DNA from: Corynebacterium glutamicum ATCC 13032 | GTDB taxonomy: Bacteria; Actinomycetota; Actinomycetes; Mycobacteriales; Mycobacteriaceae | Length of the DNA: 32,000 bases | Direction of reading: 5' to 3' | NCBI RefSeq assembly: GCF_000011325.1 | Contig: NC_003450.3 | Location: 570,001 to 602,000 of the forward strand | Part shown: in pieces, positions 10,433 to 19,151 of the stretch | Layout of the letters: every line of letters begins with the position of its first letter | Position numbering within the stretch: the stretch's first letter is position 1 | Translations under genes and position numbers: made by a program | The notes under the pieces: generated by a model | Told to the model about the DNA's origin: nothing | The model's input: the letters and a program-made list of their open reading frames with translations, nothing else | The model's database searches: none

Positions 10433-10891
10433 TCACAAAGAGTATTCAGTAAATCGACCGCAGTCGGTGAATCCTAGTTTGCGATAAACGGGCTCACCAT
10501 CTTCGGAAGCTTGCAACACGGCGGTGTCACACCCTGCGTTACGTGCGGTATGCAACGTGGCTAAGGTGATGGCTCCGCCGTAGCCACGCCGGCGTTTGTG
10601 CTCAAGGGTGGAGATATTGTAGATTCCAACTACGCTCGCGTGTATGAATGCTTCCGCAGAACACACTGCGCGGTTGCCCGCATAACCCACCAGATAAAGT
10701 GCGGGCGAGTTCTTTCTCAGTGCGTATTCAGCTGCTTCGGTATAGAAACGCTGCACAGTTTCGGCGGGTGGATTCCAATTCGCAGAAAGAACTGCAGCGT
10801 AATCTGCCAGCTCTTCGGGAGATTTAACCACCCGGATCTCTAAGCCCTCAGCGCAAGCTTCGGGCAGCGGTTCGGTTAAGTCTTTCCACAT
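10433..10891 (-). CDS. GNAT N-acetyltransferase, C-terminal catalytic part (downstream half of a gene split by an in-frame TGA)
   Basis: 152 aa with acetyl-CoA motif [15 protein letters not shown]...VYRKLGF. Same frame as ORF 10916-11221. Its stop abuts the rptA stop. Confidence 0.8.
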   Translation of the reverse strand: MWKDLTEPLPEACAEGLEIRVVKSPEELADYAAVLSANWNPPAETVQRFYTEAAEYALRKNSPALYLVGYAGNRAVCSAEAFIHASVVGIYNISTLEHKRRRGYGGAITLATLHTARNAGCDTAVLQASEDGEPVYRKLGFTDCGRFTEYSL

Positions 10892-10915
10892 GCCTGTTTC
10901 TGTTTCGGAGGCATT

Positions 10916-11221
10916 TCATTGGGCCTCAACGAGCAGCTCTCCGATATTTCTAGGGCTGGATGCGGGGCCGACCCACCAGGAAAACGGACGGAGTGCATGT
11001 TCTACAAAAGCGGTGGTTTCAGCAATCCGCGCAGCTGCAATCTCAGGGGTAAAGCGTGCGCCCGCAATAATGTTGAACGTGTCATCGTCGAGGCTACTGT
11101 CTGCGATGAGCAGGCCATCGGTGTGCGTGATTGTTGCGGATGCAAGATGCCGGTGGAGATGGCAGAAATGCTCCGCTAAGTTCTCTTCGATTGCGCGTTG
11201 TAATTTACCGAGGTCCTTCAT
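10916..11221 (-). CDS. GNAT-associated N-terminal domain ORF (upstream half of the split acetyltransferase)
   Basis: 101 aa, ends at TGA 10918-10916, in frame with the ATG at 10891. Preceded by ECF-type promoter copy P1. Confidence 0.6.
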   Translation of the reverse strand: MKDLGKLQRAIEENLAEHFCHLHRHLASATITHTDGLLIADSSLDDDTFNIIAGARFTPEIAAARIAETTAFVEHALRPFSWWVGPASSPRNIGELLVEAQ

Positions 11222-11269
11222 AAAACTTCATTTTAGGTATCACAAAGGTGCCATAAGTCGCACCCTTTG

Positions 11270-11299
11270 TTAGACTGCAAAACTCGCCTTTTGGTTCCC
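11270..11299 (-). promoter_or_regulatory. ECF-sigma-type promoter copy P1 (GGGAAC-N18-GTCTAA), directed at the GNAT gene
   Basis: The minus strand reads GGGAACcaaaaggcgagttttgcaGTCTAAca. Same architecture as P2-P4. 48 nt before ATG 11221. Confidence 0.6.
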
Positions 11300-11405
11300 T
11301 CAAAAGCAAATCTGAGAATCTTCCCACTTTCACTAGTCTTATCCCGGACCAGCGCACTACAGTTCCTGGATTAGGGGATGTAAAGATCTAAAGCTGGGGG
11401 AATAC

Positions 11406-12665
11406 ATGGCTGAAGGCATGTTGATGCCCACGACATCGGCGCAGGTGTCGGGGCATAAATTTCTGGTGCGGCGCATCGAACATGGGTTGGTGATGGGCGA
11501 TGTGCGCATGATTCATGATCCACTTGGTAGGCGCCGGCGGGCGTTGGTGTTTGGGGTGGTGGCGTGCGTGATGTTGGCGGTGGGATCATTGGCGTTGGCT
11601 ATTTTTCGACCCGCGAAGGATCCGGCCGATGCGCCGTTGATCCGCTCTGAATCCGGCGCGCTCTTTGTGCAGCTGGATGGGTCGGTGCATCCGGTGGCTA
11701 ATGTGGCCTCGGCTCGGTTGATTGTGGGGGAGCCGGTGGATCCGGTGAACGCCAGCGATGCGATCATCGCGGGCATGCCGCGCGGAGTGCCGGTGGGGGT
11801 TCCTGATGCGCCGGGGCTTTTCAGCAGCACCGAAGAACCCGAGCAAGATTGGTTTGTGTGCCAGGATGTCGGCACTGGGGATCTACACATTACGGTTCCT
11901 AGGGGCGGACTAGGGCCCACCCTGATTGCGGAAGGAAATGGGTGGCTGGGGGCGTCGAAAAGCGAAACCGGCGAGGTCACCTGGAACCTGATTACCGCGG
12001 ACGGGCGCCGCGAACTGCCGGCGTGGGGCAGCGAACATGGGCGCATTATGCGCCGCCACCTGGGGATTTCCGAGGACACCCCGCGCGTATACCTGACCAC
12101 TGAGCTGCTCAACGCGATCCCCGAGCACGACGCGGTCCGCTTCCCAGCCCCGCTGCCCGAGCTTGTCGACGCCTCCACCCGCAACTGGTTACGGCTCGAC
12201 GGGGCGCTCGCCGAAATCACGCCGCTACAGCGCGGGTTGCTTATCGACGCCGGTTCCGGTGTTTTCCCCGACCCCACCGCGCTTCTTGGTGTGCATGAAG
12301 AAACAGCCAACACCTTGACGCTGCCCGAGCAAACAGTTTCTTGGCAAGATCTGGACGGTGGTTTTGCCTGCGCGGATGGTGAAGGCCAGATCGGTTTCCT
12401 GGAAACTCTGGAATCGGGGGTGGCGCTATCTGGTGATTCCAGGGCGAAAAGTTTCAGCACAAACGCTGGTGGGGCAGTGGGCGTGGACAGTGGCTTTGGC
12501 TACTATGTGGTCTCTGATTTTGGGCTGATGCACCCTGTTTCTACTGGTGAATCGATGGTTGCCCTAGGAATCACTGACGTGCAGGTCGTGCCGTGGAGCG
12601 TGCTGCGATTGTTGCCGCAGGGAAGTGAATTAGCAAAAGAGACAGCGCTCGCGCCCACCTATTAA
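11406..12665 (+). CDS. eccB: Type VII secretion system component EccB (ESX-4-like)
   Basis: 419 aa. The N-terminus TSAQVSGHKFLVRRIEHGLVMGDVRMIHDPL followed by one TM helix is the EccB signature. Large extracytoplasmic domain. SD GGGGGAA. Confidence 0.85.
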   Translation: MAEGMLMPTTSAQVSGHKFLVRRIEHGLVMGDVRMIHDPLGRRRRALVFGVVACVMLAVGSLALAIFRPAKDPADAPLIRSESGALFVQLDGSVHPVANVASARLIVGEPVDPVNASDAIIAGMPRGVPVGVPDAPGLFSSTEEPEQDWFVCQDVGTGDLHITVPRGGLGPTLIAEGNGWLGASKSETGEVTWNLITADGRRELPAWGSEHGRIMRRHLGISEDTPRVYLTTELLNAIPEHDAVRFPAPLPELVDASTRNWLRLDGALAEITPLQRGLLIDAGSGVFPDPTALLGVHEETANTLTLPEQTVSWQDLDGGFACADGEGQIGFLETLESGVALSGDSRAKSFSTNAGGAVGVDSGFGYYVVSDFGLMHPVSTGESMVALGITDVQVVPWSVLRLLPQGSELAKETALAPTY

Positions 12666-12683
12666 GGAGTATGGTGGCCTTAC

Positions 12684-14231
12684 ATGAGCGGATTAGTTGA
12701 CCCGGATAGTACTTTTTTAAAGACCATCGGAAAACTGAGCAACAGCTTGTCCATTGGTCGTGGAGTAGATCAAAAAGAGGTAATCCCCAAAGGCTGGAAC
12801 GCCCATTGGGAGGCAATTACAAAGCTTAAGAGAAGCTTTGACGCGATTCCTGCTGGGGAGCGGGTGCGTTTAGCTAAGAAAACCTCCAACCTGTTCCGTG
12901 GACGCTCCGATGCAGGTCACGGCCTAGATGTGGCAGCGCTTGGGGGAGTGATTGCCATTGATCCGGTCAATGCCACCGCCGATGTACAGGGCATGTGCAC
13001 GTATGAAGACCTGGTAGATGCCACTTTAAGTTATGGTCTGATGCCGTTGGTTGTGCCTCAACTGAAAACCATCACGCTTGGTGGCGCAGTGACCGGAATG
13101 GGCGTGGAATCCACATCCTTCCGCAACGGTTTGCCACACGAATCAGTGCTGGAGATGGATATTTTTACCGGCACTGGTGAGATCGTGACTTGCTCGCCCA
13201 CAGAAAATGTCGACCTTTACAGAGGTTTTCCCAACTCTTATGGTTCGCTGGGATACGCGGTGCGGCTAAAAATTGAGCTGGAACCAGTGCAAGATTACGT
13301 CCAGCTGCGCCACGTGCGCTTCAACGATTTAGAGTCTTTGACCAAAGCGATTGAGGAAGTCGCGTCTTCTCTGGAGTTTGATAACCAACCCGTCGATTAC
13401 CTTGACGGCGTGGTGTTTTCACCCACGGAAGCCTACTTAGTTCTTGGCACGCAAACCTCACAACCTGGCCCCACCAGCGATTACACCAGGGATTTAAGCT
13501 ACTACCGCTCCCTGCAACACCCAGAGGGCATCACCTATGACCGCCTGACAATCCGCGATTACATCTGGCGCTGGGACACCGACTGGTTCTGGTGTTCACG
13601 CGCATTCGGCACCCAAAACCCCGTGGTGCGCAAACTCTGGCCCAGGGATCTGCTGCGCTCGAGTTTCTATTGGAAGATCATCGGCTGGGATCGAAAATAC
13701 TCCATCGCTGATCGCCTGGAAGAGCGCAAAGGCCGCCCGGCTAGGGAACGGGTGGTCCAAGACGTGGAAGTTACGATTGATAAACTGCCAGAATTTTTGA
13801 AATGGTTCTTTGAAAGCAGCGACATCGAGCCGCTGTGGCTGTGCCCGATCAAGCTTCGGGAGGTACCAGGTAGTTCGGTTGGTGCTGGAGAAATTTTGAG
13901 CTCCGCTGAAGCAATCGACTCCGGTGCTGCTGAACACCCTTGGCCGCTGTATCCCTTGAAGAAGGACGTGCTGTGGGTCAACATCGGATTCTGGTCCTCA
14001 GTGCCGGTTGATCTGATGGGCTCCGATGCACCAGAGGGAGCATTTAACAGAGAAATCGAACGCGTCATGGCAGAGCTAGGCGGACATAAATCGCTGTACT
14101 CCGAAGCGTTCTACACCAGGGAAGACTTTGAAAAACTTTATGGCGGAACCATCCCGGCGCTGCTAAAAAAGCAGTGGGATCCCCACAGCCGATTCCCCGG
14201 TTTGTATGAAAAGACAGTAAAAGGCGCCTAG
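12684..14231 (+). CDS. FAD-binding oxidoreductase (PCMH/FAD_binding_4 type; BfaA / DHCR24-like)
   Basis: 515 aa. FAD-binding segment is TITLGGAVTGMGVESTSFRNGLPHESVLEMDIFTGTGEIVTC. Starts 18 nt after the eccB stop. Confidence 0.8.
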   Translation: MSGLVDPDSTFLKTIGKLSNSLSIGRGVDQKEVIPKGWNAHWEAITKLKRSFDAIPAGERVRLAKKTSNLFRGRSDAGHGLDVAALGGVIAIDPVNATADVQGMCTYEDLVDATLSYGLMPLVVPQLKTITLGGAVTGMGVESTSFRNGLPHESVLEMDIFTGTGEIVTCSPTENVDLYRGFPNSYGSLGYAVRLKIELEPVQDYVQLRHVRFNDLESLTKAIEEVASSLEFDNQPVDYLDGVVFSPTEAYLVLGTQTSQPGPTSDYTRDLSYYRSLQHPEGITYDRLTIRDYIWRWDTDWFWCSRAFGTQNPVVRKLWPRDLLRSSFYWKIIGWDRKYSIADRLEERKGRPARERVVQDVEVTIDKLPEFLKWFFESSDIEPLWLCPIKLREVPGSSVGAGEILSSAEAIDSGAAEHPWPLYPLKKDVLWVNIGFWSSVPVDLMGSDAPEGAFNREIERVMAELGGHKSLYSEAFYTREDFEKLYGGTIPALLKKQWDPHSRFPGLYEKTVKGA

Positions 14232-14315
14232 GATCGCTCACTGTAGGTAGAGGCTTGTGGTCACTACTTGTGGCCACATTTTAAAAAAATGCACAAGAAG
14301 AGAAAGCAAAGCATT

Positions 14316-15623
14316 ATGAGTAACGCCGTAGCGCAGGACCTCATGACCATCGCCGACATCGTCGAGGCCACGACCACTGCACCCATCCCATTCCACATCA
14401 CTGCCTTCGATGGAAGCTTCACTGGCCCTGAAGATGCTCCCTACCAGCTGTTTGTTGCCAACACGGATGCAGTATCCTACATCGCAACAGCGCCAGGAGA
14501 TTTGGGTTTGGCACGTGCCTACCTCATGGGAGACCTCATCGTGGAAGGTGAGCATCCCGGCCATCCTTATGGGATCTTTGATGCGTTGAAGGAGTTCTAC
14601 CGCTGCTTCAAACGCCCAGATGCATCCACCACCTTGCAGATCATGTGGACTCTGCGGAAAATGAATGCCTTAAAATTCCAGGAAATTCCACCAATGGAAC
14701 AAGCCCCTGCATGGCGTAAAGCACTGATCAACGGGCTAGCATCCAGGCACTCGAAATCCCGCGACAAGAAAGCCATTAGCTACCACTACGACGTGGGCAA
14801 TGAGTTCTACTCCCTGTTTTTAGATGATTCCATGACCTATACCTGCGCGTATTATCCAACGCCAGAATCAAGTTTGGAAGAAGCCCAAGAAAACAAATAC
14901 CGCCTCATCTTTGAAAAACTGCGTCTGAAAGAAGGCGATCGCCTCCTAGACGTGGGATGCGGTTGGGGAGGCATGGTCCGCTACGCCGCCAAACACGGTG
15001 TGAAAGCCATCGGAGTTACGCTGTCTGAACAGCAATATGAGTGGGGTCAAGCAGAGATCAAACGCCAAGGTTTGGAAGACCTCGCGGAAATTCGCTTCAT
15101 GGATTACCGCGATGTTCCAGAAACTGGATTCGATGCGATCTCAGCAATCGGCATCATTGAACACATCGGTGTGAACAACTATCCCGACTACTTTGAATTG
15201 CTCAGCAGCAAACTCAAAACAGGCGGACTGATGCTCAACCACAGCATCACCTACCCAGACAACCGCCCCCGCCACGCAGGTGCATTTATTGATCGCTACA
15301 TTTTCCCCGACGGTGAACTCACTGGCTCTGGCACCCTGATCAAGCACATGCAGGACAACGGTTTCGAAGTGCTGCACGAAGAAAACCTCCGCTTTGATTA
15401 CCAACGCACCCTGCACGCGTGGTGCGAAAACCTCAAAGAAAATTGGGAGGAAGCAGTTGAACTCGCCGGTGAACCCACTGCACGACTCTTTGGCCTGTAC
15501 ATGGCAGGTTCGGAATGGGGATTTGCCCACAACATCGTCCAGCTGCACCAAGTACTGGGTGTGAAACTCGATGAGCAGGGAAGTCGCGGAGAAGTTCCTG
15601 AAAGAATGTGGTGGACTATCTAA
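14316..15623 (+). CDS. SAM-dependent methyltransferase of the cyclopropane-fatty-acyl-phospholipid synthase family (BfaB/UfaA1-like)
   Basis: SAM motif I LLDVGCGWGGM and the CMAS-family core (YHYDVGNEFYSLFLD, YQRTLHAWCENL). The start is uncertain: TTG 14268, ATG 14289 or ATG 14316. I chose 14316 because of the upstream AGAAGAGAAAG. Confidence 0.8.
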   Translation: MSNAVAQDLMTIADIVEATTTAPIPFHITAFDGSFTGPEDAPYQLFVANTDAVSYIATAPGDLGLARAYLMGDLIVEGEHPGHPYGIFDALKEFYRCFKRPDASTTLQIMWTLRKMNALKFQEIPPMEQAPAWRKALINGLASRHSKSRDKKAISYHYDVGNEFYSLFLDDSMTYTCAYYPTPESSLEEAQENKYRLIFEKLRLKEGDRLLDVGCGWGGMVRYAAKHGVKAIGVTLSEQQYEWGQAEIKRQGLEDLAEIRFMDYRDVPETGFDAISAIGIIEHIGVNNYPDYFELLSSKLKTGGLMLNHSITYPDNRPRHAGAFIDRYIFPDGELTGSGTLIKHMQDNGFEVLHEENLRFDYQRTLHAWCENLKENWEEAVELAGEPTARLFGLYMAGSEWGFAHNIVQLHQVLGVKLDEQGSRGEVPERMWWTI

Positions 15624-15822
15624 AGAAACAATGTTTCTTTTTAAGGTTCCCTAGGGGCAGGAGTTAATTGTAGGTAAACTCGACTAGCAATTAGCGACTG
15701 TCCCATTTCCCACCTGCTTTTGCGGATTTCAACACTTTCAGGATGCATCTGTAACTATGCCCATGCCACACCCCATGTTTATCGATGTCTCCTTCCCACC
15801 CGCGGAGACCTGTAGTTAACCC

Positions 15823-16251
15823 ATGGGCACGATGCGAGAAATGGTCAGTGACCGCATTGACCGACTACAAGAAGCACACGCGCGATCAAAGCAGAAGAAG
15901 TTCGGCTTCTTAGTTCGGCCAGGCACCCTGATCCTTGGATGGTTGGTCACGATCATCGGTCTGATCACCATTCCACTTCCCGGCCAAGGCTGGCTGACCA
16001 CCTTCATTGGTGTGGGCATTTTGTCTCTGGAGCTTAAATGGGCGAAGAACCTCCTGGCCTGGGGAGTGCATCAGTATGATCGCTTCTTCACCTGGTACGG
16101 CAAGAAATCATTCCGCTTCCGCATGGCGATGTTGGCACTGATGATTCTGCTGATTTGGGTGGTGTTCATCGTGACATTTTGGTTGATGTGGCACGCCGGA
16201 ACTATCCCGTGGGCAGATGAGTTCTTCACCTGGCTTGGGTTGAGCCGCTAG
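15823..16251 (+). CDS. Small membrane protein of the PGPGW type (two hydrophobic hairpins)
   Basis: 142 aa with TIPLPGQGWLTTFIGVGILSLEL, similar to the PGPGW motif family, and four hydrophobic helices. Confidence 0.6.
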   Translation: MGTMREMVSDRIDRLQEAHARSKQKKFGFLVRPGTLILGWLVTIIGLITIPLPGQGWLTTFIGVGILSLELKWAKNLLAWGVHQYDRFFTWYGKKSFRFRMAMLALMILLIWVVFIVTFWLMWHAGTIPWADEFFTWLGLSR

Positions 16252-16254
16252 CAA

Positions 16255-16392
16255 CTATTCGCTTTGAAGGCGATCCATTAATTCGGAGCGCCTGGAAAAG
16301 ATCTCATCCAAGGCATGCGATACAGATTCCTGAGTCGTTTGTGTAGTTGGTTTGGGCTCTTGCGGTTGATGGGATTCTGAACGGTGCCTCAT
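16255..16392 (-). CDS. Hypothetical 45-codon ORF 3 nt downstream of the mycP stop (not in the supplied track)
   Basis: My own translation of the minus strand gives MRHRSESHQPQEPKPTTQTTQESVSHALDEIFSRRSELMDRLQSE*. The ATG at 16392-16390 follows the mycP TAA after 3 nt. No obvious SD, so it may be fortuitous. Confidence 0.2.
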   Translation of the reverse strand: MRHRSESHQPQEPKPTTQTTQESVSHALDEIFSRRSELMDRLQSE

Positions 16393-16395
16393 AGA

Positions 16396-17640
16396 TTAAG
16401 TGATAACACTTGAGCTAGCTTTTTGAAAGGCCGAGTGATGATGAATTCGGCGTAGTCCCATCAGCACAGCTAACACTGCGAGCAACCCAACAATGATTGC
16501 GGTAACTAGGATGCCCCGCTCCCGTGGAGAATCATCCGGCGGCGTGGGAACACTTAGTGCGATCTCATGAACCAGGGGAGTGGTGGGATAGATTTCTTGA
16601 GTAAGTGCCAGGTAGGGATCAATAGCGCCTCTTGCAGGGTCGATGCTGTTGAAGATTCGTGCACGAATTTCATAGGGTGTGGCAAAGGGAAAATGCTGGC
16701 GAAGCAGTGCAGCTGTGGCGCTGACAACTGGAGCGGCAAAACTGGTGCCCTCGAAGGGGCTTTCGCCAGCGGTGGTGATCATGTGGCTGGCGAAGCCGTC
16801 GCCACGCGGTGATAGACCAGCCTGAATGTGGCTTGGTGCAGAGAGGATTTGTTGGTTGCCAGGCATGGAATATTCTGCAAGCGTGTGAGAATCAAAACGT
16901 GCCGACACAGAGAGCACAGTGTCTGAATGTGCAGGATAAACGGTAGATCCAACTGGACAATCCTGCCCGAGGTTTCCTGCTGCTGCCACCACTATCACCC
17001 CTTGAAGTTCTGCTCTGTTAAGAGCATCCGTCAGAGGCTGGAACGATGCGGCCTCGTCGGGTGATTGGGGCAAACAGGACACCACGGAAATATTGATCAC
17101 GTGGGCACCGGAATCGAGAGCTCGGTGGATGGATTCCGCCAGGGTGCTCAGCGTTCCGACGTTGGAATCTTCACGAGTACGCACATATGAGCTGGTTTGT
17201 TTAATGGAGATGATTCCGGAATCTGGGGCGACACCGATATAAGGATCGGAGCTGCCGTCATATGGCCAGCCGGTGCCGGGGTTTCCTTGGGAGGCGATGA
17301 TTCCGGCGACGATGGTGCCGTGGCCGTCGCAATCGATAAGTTCACCTGGCACATCGGGGCTTTGGTGGGCGCCCACGAAATCACCGCCGGGAATTAAGTG
17401 GGGCAGACGTGGATGCAGGGATACTCCGGTGTCGATGACTGCCACCATCACACCGGCGCCAGTTGCTAGTTGGTGAGCTTGGGATAATGACTGCGAAAGG
17501 TGTTCATCTAAAACTGCGGAGGAAGGATCGGCGATCGCTACCTCGGGGCAAGCGAGAGCTTCTACTTCCTGTGCCCTCGTCGCTGGAGTGGAAGCCAACA
17601 TAAACAGAGCGGCCAAGCTAACCGCGATGAGTCTGCGCAT
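16396..17640 (-). CDS. mycP: Mycosin, T7SS subtilisin-like serine protease MycP
   Basis: Asp/His/Ser triad contexts VAVIDTGV, DGHGTIVAGIIA and GTSFAAPVVSATAALL. Signal peptide MRRLIAVSLAALFMLASTPATRA and a C-terminal TM anchor. Start taken at ATG 17640, 1 nt after the eccD stop. The track ORF extends to 17757. Confidence 0.9.
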   Translation of the reverse strand: MRRLIAVSLAALFMLASTPATRAQEVEALACPEVAIADPSSAVLDEHLSQSLSQAHQLATGAGVMVAVIDTGVSLHPRLPHLIPGGDFVGAHQSPDVPGELIDCDGHGTIVAGIIASQGNPGTGWPYDGSSDPYIGVAPDSGIISIKQTSSYVRTREDSNVGTLSTLAESIHRALDSGAHVINISVVSCLPQSPDEAASFQPLTDALNRAELQGVIVVAAAGNLGQDCPVGSTVYPAHSDTVLSVSARFDSHTLAEYSMPGNQQILSAPSHIQAGLSPRGDGFASHMITTAGESPFEGTSFAAPVVSATAALLRQHFPFATPYEIRARIFNSIDPARGAIDPYLALTQEIYPTTPLVHEIALSVPTPPDDSPRERGILVTAIIVGLLAVLAVLMGLRRIHHHSAFQKASSSVIT

Positions 17641-17641
17641 C

Positions 17642-19024
17642 TTATCCACCGAATCCAATATCAAGACCGCGCAGCATTCCAAATACATCCAGCAAATGCA
17701 GTGCGAGTGGCAGACTAGCTGCAAGACACAGTGATTCCAACCTTTCAAGCCACACAATGGTGGTGGGTTCCAGCGTGGGGACTGTACTGATCCACAATGC
17801 CACGCTGACCAGCACAGCGATGATAACCACAGAACCGATCAGTGCAATTAGTGAACCTGATCGGCTTGCGGATAACGCCATGGAAATGAAACCAAGGGCA
17901 GATAACCCCATCAATGTCCACGTGGGAATTGGTGCTTGATGACGATTAGCGTGAAGCAGCGAAGCCACCGCGATGCATAAACTAAAAACGGTGGTTGTCC
18001 AGGTGCCCGGGGTAACCGACAACAACGCCAAAGGCCCGCTCAAAACGCCAAGGCCAAGGATCTGGGCGTCGAAAAGCGTCTTTGTTGTTTTTATTCTTTT
18101 CTCGGGATCAGTCATGGTGAGGTCGCTGACGGAGAGATCTTCGCCGGCGGTGGGAAGCGATGGGACGCGCAGGCCTGCTAGCGATGCTGCGATTTTCGGG
18201 GCGAAGCACATGGTGATGGTGGAAGCGGTGACCGTGATCGCTGCTGGACCGCTGAAATCTTCGGTAGCTTTGAGCTTCCACAGAGTGGTGGTTGCTGCAA
18301 GGACTAAGAGACCGAGCCCCAATGTGGACAGTGTTGCCACCAGAAGAATTGCTGGACGATACACCACATGAACCAGCAGCGAACTGGCAAGAATAGTGCA
18401 CGCGCCAGCGAAAATCGTCCAGGTAAGCGCGCCGGGAGAAGTCCCAGAAGTGCCTGCAACCAGCACTGATACCGCTCCGCCTGCGCCCAAGATCAGGGTA
18501 ATCGGCAGGACGTTTCGAAGGATCGGGGTGTGCGCGGGTGGGAGCCACAGAAGCAGTAGAGCGCAGATTGCGACGAAGATTCCCATGCGGCCGGGCACAA
18601 TAATTCCGGAGGCAGCAGGACTTGTCATTAACACGGCAGCCCCGATGAGCCCCGCGAAAGTCATCAATTCCACGAGGTGCCCGGCGCGGTTCGTGGAAGA
18701 AAACTCCACCAACGCTTCGGCGACATCACGCAACACGGGGGCTTCCAAGTCCCTTTCGGGTGAAAGGACCACCACGCTGCCTTGTTCCACTTGTGTTTCT
18801 GCAAGCGGAATCCCGCAATCAATGGGACTTCCCGCAGCAGTGTGAGCCACCCACGGCCTGGAAATCCGGGGTGCATCGGTGAGTTCTAAAATTTCATCCA
18901 AAATGTCCGCCAGACTCGAACCTGCAGGTAGCGCCACATCAGCCACAGCAGCGGGCGCATCGCCAACGGTGAGATCTATGCGGATGCTCACGCGCAGCGC
19001 ATTATCGATTGCCAAAATAACCAA
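17642..19024 (-). CDS. eccD: Type VII secretion system membrane component EccD
   Basis: 460 aa. N-terminal soluble ubiquitin-like segment (RVSIRIDLTVGD...ADVALPAGSSLADIL) followed by about 11 TM helices. The start is ambiguous: TTG 19024, TTG 19015 or GTG 18991. Confidence 0.85.
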   Translation of the reverse strand: MVILAIDNALRVSIRIDLTVGDAPAAVADVALPAGSSLADILDEILELTDAPRISRPWVAHTAAGSPIDCGIPLAETQVEQGSVVVLSPERDLEAPVLRDVAEALVEFSSTNRAGHLVELMTFAGLIGAAVLMTSPAASGIIVPGRMGIFVAICALLLLWLPPAHTPILRNVLPITLILGAGGAVSVLVAGTSGTSPGALTWTIFAGACTILASSLLVHVVYRPAILLVATLSTLGLGLLVLAATTTLWKLKATEDFSGPAAITVTASTITMCFAPKIAASLAGLRVPSLPTAGEDLSVSDLTMTDPEKRIKTTKTLFDAQILGLGVLSGPLALLSVTPGTWTTTVFSLCIAVASLLHANRHQAPIPTWTLMGLSALGFISMALSASRSGSLIALIGSVVIIAVLVSVALWISTVPTLEPTTIVWLERLESLCLAASLPLALHLLDVFGMLRGLDIGFGG

Positions 19025-19121
19025 CCCCCAAAATTGTCCCCCAACAAATGTGTCTTTGAGTATGCCAGCAAAAGGGGACGGGGAGCAGCGTTGGTGAGAA
19101 TTCCCCTAATTTCACATTCAA

Positions 19122-19151
19122 GGGAACCTTTTGGCCGTTTTTCCAGTCAAA
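19122..19151 (+). promoter_or_regulatory. ECF-sigma-type promoter copy P2 (GGGAAC-N18-GTCAAA) upstream of eccC
   Basis: GGGAACcttttggccgtttttccaGTCAAAca, 87 nt before ATG 19239. Confidence 0.6.

Noticed and set aside
10430-10435. Abutting convergent stop codons of rptA (TAA 10430-10432) and the GNAT gene (TGA, 10435-10433) with no terminator.
   Set aside because: This is real in the sequence but probably just compact gene packing. There is no structure to interpret.
10916-10918. The in-frame TGA of the GNAT gene as selenocysteine or programmed recoding.
   Set aside because: I see no convincing SECIS-like hairpin immediately downstream, and no reason to expect Sec in a GNAT. A nonsense mutation (TGG to TGA) or a genuine two-gene arrangement is simpler. 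It is kept as a finding, but not as a recoding claim.
11314-11341. GAGAAT-N16-GTCTTA upstream of eccB as a motif copy.
   Set aside because: Only 4 of 6 positions match in the -35, the spacer is wrong (16 nt) and the -10 tail is altered. It could easily arise by chance.
12666-16395. The FAD-oxidoreductase, methyltransferase and PGPGW block as a horizontally acquired island or mobile element.
   Set aside because: I could find no integrase or transposase, no flanking direct or inverted repeats and no tRNA. By eye, base composition and codon style match the neighbours. I treat it as an ordinary, possibly ancient, insertion.
19074-19105. Minus-strand GGGAAT-N20-GTCCCC upstream of eccD as a fifth copy of the ECF-type motif.
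   Set aside because: The -35 differs (T for C), the spacer is 20 nt rather than 18, and the -10 lacks the nAAC tail. It is too degenerate to call from sequence alone.
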